A stretch of DNA of 64,000 bases from Sphingobacteriaceae bacterium UBA6709 (lineage in GTDB: Bacteria; Bacteroidota; Bacteroidia; Sphingobacteriales; Sphingobacteriaceae). A model generated the notes under the pieces. The model did not search any database, was not told where the DNA came from, and worked only from the letters and a program-made list of their open reading frames with translations. Below are positions 50,101-57,661 of the stretch, one piece after another. Numbering within the stretch: the first letter of the stretch is position 1; each line of letters begins with the position of its first letter. The position numbers and the translations under genes are program-made. The stretch is from positions 69,364-133,363 of the forward strand of contig DKIV01000043.1 in the NCBI GenBank assembly GCA_002454425.1. The letters run 5' to 3'.

Positions 50101-50262
50101 GCTTCCATCAACCGATTACGCGTGTATTTCAGTGCGGAGAATCTCTTCACCTGGAAGCATCTGGATCAGGATCTCGATCCCGAGTTCCTCTCATTGGGTA
50201 ATGCCAGCGGCGGTTATCCATTCCAGAAAGTATACTCTTTTGGCTTAAATATGAGCTTCTAA
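47104..50262 (+). CDS. susC: SusC/RagA-family TonB-dependent outer-membrane transporter
   Basis: 1052 aa with an N-terminal carboxypeptidase-regulatory-like domain (GIVRDNQGQTIPGVSVKIKGT), a plug (VVVGYGTQKK) and a terminal aromatic residue. Confidence 0.92.
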   Translation: MKNHYKSLALVLCMLLFSLYSMAQQLVQGIVRDNQGQTIPGVSVKIKGTTMGVMSDNNGRFSINANSGQTIVVSAIGYQSREFNVGNSKVLNVSLVATSSDLNEVVVVGYGTQKKAHLSGAVQQIGGQTLEDRPINNINTGMQGVMANLNIFPASGRATDAPGINIRGYTSLNGGSAFILVDNVPVSSGELALLNPADIESVTILKDAASAAIYGARASYGVMLVTTKKAKSDKVLVSFDANTAIRTIGKMPKLVTDPLTVMQMKADAARPLYNLYPQAERDYAEKLAADPSLPNTIVNPTNPDAWSYYGSTNWLEEVYRNSAPTYTGNINISQKTDRLSYMASGGYYRQNGMLKYGNDKLDRYNFRGNATYQLTKRWSAGTNLSFIKRDYEAPPFVDGNLFWNVNRQASLSVPRNPDGTWTSAGAGVLGILQEGGRSKNAYNQTQVSFNTKVDLIKDIWSVSGDASFRFTNSGTDTYNLPVLYRTGPNQPLATFFDASVGSNSFANVGNSQPTYKVYNLYSNFQKTFAQKHSLQAIVGVNRELSTSDSYSVRRLGLISADLPEIGLATGDITTSRSKSEVALMGFFGRLNYTFDDKYIVEFNGRYDGTSRYPKGDRWGFFPSVSGAWVLSNENFLANVKESIGMNSFKIRGSYGELGNQTNDSAYPFVPTMSSGATGIIIDGKKPVLVNNPGVVAPSITWETVRKLNGGVDMEFFKNRFDLSFDVYRQNTEGMLGPSQVLPGVFGTSAPYTNAADLKTLGFELSFGWKDRFNLAGSPFDWSARVNIADNRAFITRYDNPTGVLSSYYNGMRIGEIWGLTTEGFFASDDEAANWADQSAVGTSYHNYDFFAGDLKFKDLNGDGKVDNGDNTVTNPGDRRIIGNSASRLPYSIDLNAAWKGFDLRAFFQGIGKRDYYAGGADIYFWGIYAQPWTNITEKNMDHWTPENPNAYFPRVKSYTAETGSSELSRAQTRYLQDASYLRLKNLTLGYTLPGTLLKRASINRLRVYFSAENLFTWKHLDQDLDPEFLSLGNASGGYPFQKVYSFGLNMSF

Positions 50263-50292
50263 TTTGATTACGAATAGTAAAAAATATAAATC

Positions 50293-52098
50293 ATGAGATT
50301 GAATAAAATAAGCGGATATCTTGCCTGCGCAGCGGTATTGATGACTGCGACATCTTGCGAGAAAAACTTCCTGGACCGGCAGCCCCTGACGTCCATTACC
50401 GAGGAAAACTTCTTTAACACTCCGGCAGACCTGGATACCTATGTAAATGGTATCGTTAATGCCATGCAAAGCGGAGGGGTTTATGATGATGTCAGTTCTG
50501 ATAATACCTCCATTTACCTTGCCGGCTCTACGCATATAAGCATGCTTTCCGGAACTATTACTCCGGCAAATATTGGCGGATGGAGCGACTGGGGGAACCT
50601 GCGCAGAATAAACTTCCTGCTCGACAATGCTGGTAAAGCTACCGGCGACGCCGCGGCCATCCGCAGCTCCATTGGGGTTGCGCGTTATTTCCGCGCCCGC
50701 TTCTATATCAATAAGATCAAGCAATATTCAGATGTGCCCTGGTTTAGTCACGCCATGACTTCTGAAGATCCCGATATCTATAAAGCTAAGGATCCCCGCG
50801 CGCTGGTAGCCGACTCGGTACTTGCCGATCTTGAATACGCGGCAGCCAATGTTACCGCCACTAAGGGAAACAAAACACGCATTCATCGCTGGGTGGCCAA
50901 GTCGGAACTTGCCCGCTTCTGCCTGTACGAAGGAACATACCGTAAGTATCACGCTGAAATCAACCTCACCGGCGATGCCGACCGCTTCCTTACCCGCGCT
51001 GCCGAAGTGTCTAAAGATATTATGGATAACGGCGGCTTCAGCATCAGCGGAAACGATGCCACCGCCTACCGCAACCTGTTTATCAGCACCGCGCTCGATG
51101 GCAATCCCGAGATCATCCAATGGTTTCAGAGCAGCAAGGAGCTCAACGTAGCAAACAATACACATACCGTGCTGGGTTATCAATGGGGTATCAGTCGCAA
51201 CCTTATGGAGACCTTCCTGATGAAAGACGGTACTCCTTTTACACAAACGCCGGGATATGCTACAAAGCAGCTGACGCAGGTCTTCGCCAATCGTGATCCG
51301 CGTCTTGCGGAAGTGATCGCCACCCCCGGATTCGAAACGGTGCCGGGCCAGGGCGCGTATCTTATAAAGCCATCTACGGGGGGCTATGATCAGATAAAGT
51401 TTTACCCTCGGGATCCGGCATTGCGTGGCGGCTGGGTGCTCAACTACACCTCACTGCCTATCTATAGATTTGCTGAAACCCTGCTGAACTATGCCGAGGC
51501 ACGTGCTGAGCTGAATCTCATTACGCAGGCAGATCTTGATCTTACCGTCAATAAACTTCGCGCTCGTGTGGGCATGCCTCTGATCAGCCTAGCTACAGCC
51601 AACAGTGTTATCGATCCGGTACTTGCCGCATATTACCCAAATGTTACGGGCGCTAACCGCGGGGCACTTCTCGAGATCCGTCGCGAGCGTCGCGTAGAGC
51701 TTGCCTGCGAAGGCTTCCGCTATGATGATCTTAAACGTTGGTTTGCCGGTCAGCACTTCGCTGATCCTCAGCAGGGCATATATCTGCCAGGCTTGGGAGC
51801 GTTCGATGTAACAGGTGACGGCATTGCTGATATCGCCATTGTGCCTACCAACAGTTCGCCGATTACCGCGGTTGCCGGGTCTACGCTTCCCGCGGATATT
51901 AGCAAGATCGTTAAATATCCATTGGATGATCGTAATGCCAACTATGCGCTCTCAAACGGAACCTCCGGGTATCTGGTATTCAAGACGGATCAGCAGACGC
52001 CGAAATCATTTATTTCGCCGAAGTATTATTATCAGCCGATTCCTGCTTCACAGATTGTATTAAATCCAAAATTAGCGCAACCAATAGGCTGGCAGTAG
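50293..52098 (+). CDS. susD: SusD/RagB-family nutrient-binding lipoprotein
   Basis: Lipobox MTATSCE and SusD-like TPR-rich body (RAELNL, RRERRVELACEGFRYDDLKRW). Directly follows susC. Confidence 0.9.
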   Translation: MRLNKISGYLACAAVLMTATSCEKNFLDRQPLTSITEENFFNTPADLDTYVNGIVNAMQSGGVYDDVSSDNTSIYLAGSTHISMLSGTITPANIGGWSDWGNLRRINFLLDNAGKATGDAAAIRSSIGVARYFRARFYINKIKQYSDVPWFSHAMTSEDPDIYKAKDPRALVADSVLADLEYAAANVTATKGNKTRIHRWVAKSELARFCLYEGTYRKYHAEINLTGDADRFLTRAAEVSKDIMDNGGFSISGNDATAYRNLFISTALDGNPEIIQWFQSSKELNVANNTHTVLGYQWGISRNLMETFLMKDGTPFTQTPGYATKQLTQVFANRDPRLAEVIATPGFETVPGQGAYLIKPSTGGYDQIKFYPRDPALRGGWVLNYTSLPIYRFAETLLNYAEARAELNLITQADLDLTVNKLRARVGMPLISLATANSVIDPVLAAYYPNVTGANRGALLEIRRERRVELACEGFRYDDLKRWFAGQHFADPQQGIYLPGLGAFDVTGDGIADIAIVPTNSSPITAVAGSTLPADISKIVKYPLDDRNANYALSNGTSGYLVFKTDQQTPKSFISPKYYYQPIPASQIVLNPKLAQPIGWQ

Positions 52099-52972
52099 TT
52101 CATCGATGCTAAGCTGTTAAAAGCTGACTGATATCAGCGCCGCGACAGGGGAGGGTTTAAACGCCTTCCCCTTTTATGTTTTAAGTTCCTTTGCTGTTTT
52201 CGAATTCTTAAAGCTTATTAGCATCAGACAAATGGAAAAGTTGTCCCGTGTAAGTATTTCACGTTTTTCTACCAGGGCTTACCAAGCTTAAATAAGCATT
52301 ACACACGAAGGGTAAGGCGGTATTCCGGAGCTCTTCCTAACCTTAAAGTTATCCCATTTTTCCGGGTAAAATTCCCTGCTCCGTTTTAATTGTGTGATAA
52401 TATTCCCCGGTATTCTGTGCAAAAAGTGCACGCTTTTCAGAGAGTTTTGTGTATGCAATTTCACAATTTGAGGAAAAATGTTAAAAAAAGTTAAAACATT
52501 TATTACTTTCGTGCGTTGGCCTCATTAAGTTGTCGGGCAATAATTGAAAAAGCCGAACCTGCCATTTGATGGCGAAATCAATAGAATACACCCTTAGCTG
52601 AGGCTAGCGGTGCACTACCAAGGAAGAGTACATGTTGAAGGAGATTTAGAATGCGGAAGCTTGTTTCGCGGGCACCTGAGGATGCCCAATGAAGCCTCAG
52701 TATAAGCAATCAAACGAGGCCGCGATAAGGTGGTATACTGTTATAAGAAGTGAAGGGATGAGAGTAGAGGGGGGGTCGTAGCGATGCTGTAGGTTCGATC
52801 GGTTAAACAAATAAAAAGATATATAAAGGGACTTTGAAAAAACGAAATCGTCGCATTTTAATCTCTGATCGGATTAGAGATGGAGAGCATAGCTTAGCAA
52901 CGTTTGGTTTTAGGATAAGTTCCATAACACTATACCTATTACAATTAATACAGTACTATTCAAGACACAACT

Positions 52973-53164
52973 ATGAGTAATTCATACACTGAAAAGCACA
53001 GAAACGATGAGCATGAATTTAAATGTCCAATCTGTGGGATTCCGCTTACTGCAAGGATACGCCGCGGATGGAGCGTCCGTTATCTGTTGTTCAGTAAGCC
53101 CTTTAAAAGATATATCTGCGGCAACTGCCGTAATAAGTTCTATATCATGAGAGAAAAACTATAA
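52973..53164 (+). CDS. 63-aa four-cysteine zinc-ribbon-like small protein
   Basis: CPICG ... CGNC spaced 28 residues apart, and basic. It is the only ORF of 60 aa or more in a 1.6-kb spacer, and a strong terminator follows at 53301-53335. No family recognised. Confidence 0.45.
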   Translation: MSNSYTEKHRNDEHEFKCPICGIPLTARIRRGWSVRYLLFSKPFKRYICGNCRNKFYIMREKL

Positions 53165-53259
53165 ATGGTTCTACACTTACTATTGGAATGCGCGTCATTG
53201 TCGCAAGGCATATAGCCAAAAAATTTCCCTCCTCATGGCCGGGAATTTAGAAAGAGATT

Positions 53260-53296
53260 CGCTCTTTAACGCTCTTAACGCTCTTAACGCTCTCTA
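53260..53296 (+). repeat. Tandem 9-nt repeat CGCTCTTAA, about 3.5 copies
   Basis: CGCTCTTTAA (53260-53269), CGCTCTTAA (53270-53278), CGCTCTTAA (53279-53287), partial CGCTCTCTA (53288-53296). Confidence 0.8.
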
Positions 53297-53300
53297 TTTA

Positions 53301-53335
53301 AGGTACAGGGAATTTCCCTGTACCTGTTTTTTTTT
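53301..53335 (+). terminator. Strong intrinsic terminator
   Basis: AGGTACAGGGA (53301-53311) pairs with TCCCTGTACCT (53315-53325), then G and T9 (53327-53335). Confidence 0.9.
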
Positions 53336-53681
53336 AAACCCTTGTTGTGCTACCCTTGTCGTGAATAACTGAGAAAAAAAATATTTCTCAAAACAAATCA
53401 TCTCTTCTGCTTGTATTCTCAACATATTAATGAAAGTCATTATTTTAAGTCCGTCTGTTAATAAAACTTTATTAAAACATGAAATACATTGAACTTTTTG
53501 TATTTCCCGGTGAGAAAAAATGAGAAATATCAAAAATAAATGTATCTTGCGTTATTGAAAAACGGAACGGTGCTGCCTGGTAAACTACATTACATTGATA
53601 CATAATACCATAGCATTTTACGATGCTCAATTGAAAATATGAACGTTCTCAGAAAAAGGGGAAAATCTAATTAGGGATAAT

Positions 53682-54431
53682 ATGCTTTCAAAGAAAAGAG
53701 TAATTTCTATAGACGTTTCCAAGGGTAAATACAACGACTTTATCGAAGCGATTCTACAGCTTGGTCGGAAACGACAATCGTCATATGTATGTGTAGCGAA
53801 TGTACACATGCTGGTAGAAGCACATAAATCCAGTGCCTTCCAAAATATTGTAAACAGTGCCGATCTGGTAACGCCAGATGGGATGCCCATCGCTAAAAGT
53901 TTTGATCTGCTATATCAGGAGCAGCAAGATAGGGTGGATGGCATGAGTTTGCTACCCGCATTGCTTTCAGAATGCCAGGATCGCAATCTGTCTGTCTATT
54001 TTTACGGAGGATCACAATCCATGCTTGATAAAACCGGCGATTACATTCAAAGTCATTATCCGGGGCTCAAAGTTGCGGGCGCGTATTCGCCGCCTTTTCG
54101 TCCTGCCACCGAGCAGGAAAAGGAAGATACGATCCAACGGATTGAGCAATCAGGAGCCAATATCGTATTTGTGGTTTTAGGATGTCCTAAACAGGAGCGC
54201 TGGATGAACGAGATGAAAGGTAGGATCAACGCTGTGATGGTGGGCGTTGGCGGTGCTCTCCCTGTGTTAATAGGAGATCAAAAGCGTGCCCCGGAATGGA
54301 TGCAACGTAATAGCCTCGAATGGCTGTTTAGGTTGAGCCAGGAACCTAAACGCTTGTTTAAAAGATATTTTACCACTAATAGTATATTTATTTATCTTTT
54401 GGCTAAGGAAAAACTAAAGTTAGTTCAATAA
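53682..54431 (+). CDS. WecB/TagA/CpsF-family glycosyltransferase (GT26)
   Basis: VTPDGMPI and VLGCPKQERWM motifs. Confidence 0.88.
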   Translation: MLSKKRVISIDVSKGKYNDFIEAILQLGRKRQSSYVCVANVHMLVEAHKSSAFQNIVNSADLVTPDGMPIAKSFDLLYQEQQDRVDGMSLLPALLSECQDRNLSVYFYGGSQSMLDKTGDYIQSHYPGLKVAGAYSPPFRPATEQEKEDTIQRIEQSGANIVFVVLGCPKQERWMNEMKGRINAVMVGVGGALPVLIGDQKRAPEWMQRNSLEWLFRLSQEPKRLFKRYFTTNSIFIYLLAKEKLKLVQ

Positions 54432-54453
54432 TGACTTTTTAATTAATGAAAAT

Positions 54454-55254
54454 ATGTTGTCTTCTAAGTGTAAAACCATCGGAAAATGTCTCGTTTTTAT
54501 TCTGAATATATTGATTTTTTCGTCTTGTGCCTCCCAAAAAAACATTGCATATTTTAACGATCTTCCAAATATTTTGGTTGATAGTGTTATAAAATCTCAA
54601 TCATTTAGTGCTCCTGTTATTTTGTCAGATGATGTTCTTTTGATTGATATCCAAACGGTTGATGCATCCGTAAATAGTTTAATAAATTCAGGCAATAAAT
54701 CAGGCACAACAGGTTTGCCTGCTTCAAACGAATCACTATCGCTACTTACAGGATATTTAGTCGATAAATCTGGAAACGTTGAGATTCCAATGTTAGGTTC
54801 TGTAAAACTAGCCGGTTTAACAACTACCGAGGCGAAAGAGTTGATAGTAAAACGTGCCTCTATTTATTTTAAAAATCCAATAGTACAGGTTCGCTTTGGT
54901 AATTATAGAATTACAGTTTTAGGCGAGGTGCTGCGGCCCTCTACATTTACTATCGCCAATGAGCGGGTTTCTGTGTTAGACGCATTGGGCTTAGCCGGTG
55001 ACTTAACTGTATACGGAAGGCGTGAAAATGTACTTTTGATTAGGGACAAGGGCTTTCAAAAAGAGATAACTCGCTTAAATCTGAATAGCTCAGATTTATT
55101 TAAATCGCCCTATTTTTATTTAAAGCAGAACGACGTTATATACGTTGAACCTGGGAAATCGAAGGCTGCTGCTACTAATGCTGCTAGAACCCAAACACTG
55201 GCGATTTTAGGTTCGGTATTATCTGTTCTTATTGTTGCGCTCTCACGATTTTAA
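54454..55254 (+). CDS. wza: Polysaccharide export protein (Wza-type, Poly_export + SLBB)
   Basis: Lipobox-like IFSSCAS, YRITVLGEVLRPSTF, and a C-terminal TM helix. Confidence 0.85.
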   Translation: MLSSKCKTIGKCLVFILNILIFSSCASQKNIAYFNDLPNILVDSVIKSQSFSAPVILSDDVLLIDIQTVDASVNSLINSGNKSGTTGLPASNESLSLLTGYLVDKSGNVEIPMLGSVKLAGLTTTEAKELIVKRASIYFKNPIVQVRFGNYRITVLGEVLRPSTFTIANERVSVLDALGLAGDLTVYGRRENVLLIRDKGFQKEITRLNLNSSDLFKSPYFYLKQNDVIYVEPGKSKAAATNAARTQTLAILGSVLSVLIVALSRF

Positions 55255-55272
55255 TATACTTTGTTACATATT

Positions 55273-57651
55273 ATGACTAATGTTCAAGATTTTTTAGCGT
55301 CCCAGCCTGAGAAAAAGGATAATAATAGGGATATTAAGAAAATAATAGGAAAAGTTGTTGCCAATTGGTATCTCTTTGTTATAGGGGCTATACTAGGCAT
55401 AGCTGCATCTTTAATTTATATAAAATTTCAGACTCCTATATATCGTATCAACGCTAAACTCCTTGTAAATGACGAAAAGAAAGGGGGGCTTTCCGGACAA
55501 GATGATTTGCTTGACTTAAGTGGCTTATTGGGCGGTAAGAGTTCAGTCGATAATGAAGCAGAAGTGCTTAAAACCAGACATTTAATGGATGGAGTGGTGC
55601 GAGCTACCAATGCGAATGTTACTTACTTTGTAAACGGCGATTTTGTTGATAAAGAGCTTTATGAATCTCCTTTTTTGCTGAAATTGCTAAATGTGAGTGA
55701 TTCTATTCCTAAGACTACAGTTGATGTAGCATACAAATCATCTAAGGAGTTGAACATTACTGTGGGTGATTTTTCAAAAACGGTGTTCTTTGGAGAACCA
55801 TTTATTTTACCAAATGTGGGAAAAGTCCAATTTTTACGAAATCCGGGCGTCTCTGAAAGTGACAATTCTTACACAGTTATCTTAACATCTTTGGATGATA
55901 TGGTTTCTGAGTTCATGCAGAGGTTACAGGTTGGCGTAACAAATAAGCAGGTGAGTACAATTGATCTGAGTTTTAATTACGCTTTACCTAAGAAGGGAGA
56001 AGACATTCTAAGTGTATTGATAAATACGTACGTCCAGAGTAATCTCGAGGACAAAAATAAGATTGCAGATAGTACAATTGCATTTATTGAAAATAGATTA
56101 GTATTTGTTAGTCAGGAGCTGGGAACCATAGAAGGCAATATCCAGAGTTTTCGCCAGCAAAGTAAGATAGCGGATATTTCAGCTCAATCTAAGTTATTGC
56201 TTGAAGGAAACAATAAATCTTTCGAAGATATATCGTCCATTCAAACTAAGTTATCAGTTTTGAGTTCGTTAGAAGATTATTTGAAAAACGATGTGACTAA
56301 TAAGAGAATTGTCCCTACTACCGTTATGCCTGAAGATGAGGTTTTTGCTTCTCTTATTGAACGTTATAACAGTCTGTTATTGGAGCGTGATAGAAAGTCT
56401 CTTTCAGCTACTGATTCGAATCCTTATGTGCAAAATATTGATGTGCAATTAGCCAATTTACGTAAGGATATGATCGTGAACTTAGCAAATACAAAAAAAT
56501 CATTAACTATCGCCGAAACTCGTCTAAAATCCCAGTCTGGAGTATTTGAGAATCAGATCCGACAGGTTCCCGCTAATGAGAGAAAATTTCTTGATCTTTC
56601 TAGGCAACAGCAGATAAAGCAAGAATTATATATATTTCTTTTGCAGAAGAGAGAGGAGACCGCTATTTCTAAGACGTCAAATATTTCTAACTCCAAAGTA
56701 ATTGATCCTCCAAAAGCTGGACCGTTACCAATTAGTCCTAAAAATAAAGTGATTTTATTGATAGGTTTAGCTTTAGGATTAGCTATTCCATTTATAGTCA
56801 TTACCTTGAGAGATCTTCTTAATGTAAGAATTCAGACACGAGATGATATTCAAAGAGATACTACGGTTCCTATTATTGGAGAGATATCAAACAGCGTAGA
56901 GCAATCCGCTGTCGTGGTTACTAAAGACTCACGTACTCCTATTTCAGAGCAATTCCGTGCTTTAAGGACAAATCTGTCATTCTTTCTCAAAAGCAATGAG
57001 AAGACAATTTTACTAACGTCGAGTATGTCCGGGGAAGGCAAATCATTTGTGTCTTTAAATCTGGCTTCGGTACTCGCGCTATCTGGAAAAAGAGTTGTAG
57101 CGCTGGAATTAGATCTTCGAAAACCCAACCTTGCTAGTAAACTTGGATTATCTAATACATTCGGTTATACGAATTTTATAACGTCAGAAAATGTTACTCC
57201 AGATCAGGTTGTTGTAAAATCGGGTTTAAATGATAATTTATTTATTGTTCCTTGCGGCCCAATACCTCCTAATCCTACAGAGACAATCTTAGATTCACGC
57301 ACCGATGAGTTAATTCGTTATTTGAAGAGTACATTTGATTATATTGTAATTGATGCTCCTCCAGTTGGACTTGTTACTGACGCACAATTACTTAGTAAAT
57401 TCTCTGATTTGTCGCTATATGTTGTTCGTCAGGGTTATACTTTTAAGAATCAATTAGGTATTATCAATGATATATCAAAAAATGCTCGAATGAAACGCAT
57501 TTCGATTTTAGTGAATGATGTTAAGACTTCCAGTACATATGGTTATGGCTATGGGTATGGATACGGTTATGGATACGGTTACGGCGATTATGGTAGCATT
57601 AAGAAACCGAAGTCTGTGTTACATAAGATAAGCAAGATATTTCGGTCCTAA
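55273..57651 (+). CDS. wzc: Polysaccharide co-polymerase / BY-tyrosine autokinase (Wzc-type)
   Basis: Wzz-like N-terminal domain between two TM helices. Walker A SSMSGEGKSF, Walker A' VIDAPP, and a C-terminal Tyr cluster YGYGYGYGYGYGYGDYG. Start placed at ATG 55273. The track ORF starts at TTG 55261. Confidence 0.9.
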   Translation: MTNVQDFLASQPEKKDNNRDIKKIIGKVVANWYLFVIGAILGIAASLIYIKFQTPIYRINAKLLVNDEKKGGLSGQDDLLDLSGLLGGKSSVDNEAEVLKTRHLMDGVVRATNANVTYFVNGDFVDKELYESPFLLKLLNVSDSIPKTTVDVAYKSSKELNITVGDFSKTVFFGEPFILPNVGKVQFLRNPGVSESDNSYTVILTSLDDMVSEFMQRLQVGVTNKQVSTIDLSFNYALPKKGEDILSVLINTYVQSNLEDKNKIADSTIAFIENRLVFVSQELGTIEGNIQSFRQQSKIADISAQSKLLLEGNNKSFEDISSIQTKLSVLSSLEDYLKNDVTNKRIVPTTVMPEDEVFASLIERYNSLLLERDRKSLSATDSNPYVQNIDVQLANLRKDMIVNLANTKKSLTIAETRLKSQSGVFENQIRQVPANERKFLDLSRQQQIKQELYIFLLQKREETAISKTSNISNSKVIDPPKAGPLPISPKNKVILLIGLALGLAIPFIVITLRDLLNVRIQTRDDIQRDTTVPIIGEISNSVEQSAVVVTKDSRTPISEQFRALRTNLSFFLKSNEKTILLTSSMSGEGKSFVSLNLASVLALSGKRVVALELDLRKPNLASKLGLSNTFGYTNFITSENVTPDQVVVKSGLNDNLFIVPCGPIPPNPTETILDSRTDELIRYLKSTFDYIVIDAPPVGLVTDAQLLSKFSDLSLYVVRQGYTFKNQLGIINDISKNARMKRISILVNDVKTSSTYGYGYGYGYGYGYGYGDYGSIKKPKSVLHKISKIFRS

Positions 57652-57661
57652 AGAAATTTAA

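Noticed and set aside
50245-51246. 159-aa and 172-aa antisense ORFs over the susC end and the susD start.
   Set aside because: Same reasoning: GC-rich coding sequence on the other strand, and implausible protein composition.
52226-52455. Minus-strand stop-to-stop frame of about 77 codons (...HRIPGNIITQLKRSREFYPEKWDNFKVRKSSGIPPY...), a possible gene remnant.
   Set aside because: It has no ATG, and the best GTG start gives only 59 aa. No recognisable family. It needs blastx before any pseudogene call.
52788-52802. GGTTCGATC, resembling a tRNA/tmRNA T-loop.
   Set aside because: The flanks cannot form a T-stem, acceptor stem or cloverleaf. There is no tag-peptide reading frame and no CCA-proximal structure.
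53381-53530. Perfect 10-nt inverted repeat ATATTTCTCA / TGAGAAATAT flanking about 130 bp upstream of the EPS operon. This could be an invertible promoter, as in Bacteroides capsule loci.
   Set aside because: The repeat is short and AT-rich, so chance occurrence is plausible. It does not extend beyond 10 nt. No recombinase or invertase gene is nearby, and I could not find a TAnnTTTG box inside in either orientation.
53294-53890. Minus-strand ORFs 53294-53533 (79 aa) and 53627-53890 (87 aa).
   Set aside because: The first spans a plus-strand terminator and AT-rich promoter DNA. The second is antisense to the well-supported GT26 gene start. Neither has a motif.
57538-57595. The YG-encoding stretch of wzc as a slippage-prone microsatellite or phase-variation switch.
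   Set aside because: Codon usage within the repeat is heterogeneous (GGT/GGC/GGG/GGA and TAT/TAC). There is no long perfect DNA repeat to slip.
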